Shown one piece after another: positions 63,355-64,000 of a stretch of 64,000 nt of DNA; the stretch's first letter is position 1; the number at the start of each line of letters is the position of its first letter. The notes under the pieces were generated by a model, which saw only the letters and a program-made list of their open reading frames with translations, was not told the origin of the DNA and searched no databases. Made by a program: the position numbers and the translations under genes. This DNA comes from Octopus vulgaris. Its lineage: Eukaryota. The stretch is from the NCBI GenBank assembly GCA_951406725.2, contig OX597821.1, positions 87,172,001 through 87,236,000 of the forward strand, read 5' to 3'.

Positions 63355-64000
63355 AGGTATGTAACTACTGGTGATAGCTGCAACCATTTATCTGCAACTG
63401 AAATACTTACTGAAGGTCCTGAGTCTACCTCACAATATCCTGAATCTTAGAGAAGACTTATTTTTTTTGCCTTTGCATATAAAAATACAATCTTGGAATT
63501 TTCAGGTATATTCTTGTGCCTTTGGTTTTGAAATGCAAATAAGTTAAGTCTATAGGCATTGCATGGCAGGAAAAATTTTTAGCCAAAATGCAAATTATTC
63601 TATTAAAGGAAATTGGTTTGTTTCCTTTTAAGAAGAATGTTTTATTTTTCAAAAATTGTTTCATGTGTGATTTTTTCTCTTTGCGAGTGCATCACTTGAC
63701 CTGTGTTAAACAAATACATAAATGTACATGCACATAAATGCATGTGCATATGTGCATATGTGCAATATACATACACATGAATAAAGAATGAAGCAGAGAA
63801 GTTCTGGGACAATCTTGGATTTTGTGAATGATTTTTCATCACAGATCAGTATTTGCCATCTGATTAATCAAGAAATTGTTATACCTTAAGAAAAGGTATA
63901 AGACTCCAGTTGAATTAATGTAATTATAATCTACATCTTGCACTGAGTACATTTTCCTACACACACACACACACTCACACACACACACACACACACACAC

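Overview
Eukaryotic, AT-rich DNA saturated with microsatellites and SINEs. The repeat repertoire resembles an octopod cephalopod (inferred from SINE types, not proven). There is no long host ORF: nearly all ORF-track entries are translations of microsatellites or SINEs. At least six interspersed SINE-like families (called A-E and G here; most with a visible tRNA-type head) are present, many with target-site duplications (TSDs), nesting and module swaps. There are decayed LINE pieces from three groups (CR1/L2-type endonuclease, RTE, HERO-type restriction-like endonuclease), a non-autonomous Helitron, and piggyBac-, Tigger/pogo-, mariner- and hAT-type MITEs. Two signals are not explained by routine repeats. 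(1) Five tiny minus-strand AG...GT-bounded segments (25, 24, 27, 36 and 18 nt, spread over 31 kb) splice into one open frame (LGAVIGISDGSLCLMTAALDKIMRNMEIGGRGVWGVRVSHLAE), suggesting a phase-1 microexon cluster of an unidentified gene whose introns make up the window. (2) Short, often palindromic units inserted in (TA)n carry minimal type-I hammerhead-ribozyme folds typical of Penelope-like elements, including a variant-core (CCGACGA) unit present three times in one palindrome. Coordinates were counted by eye; repeat boundaries are approximate.
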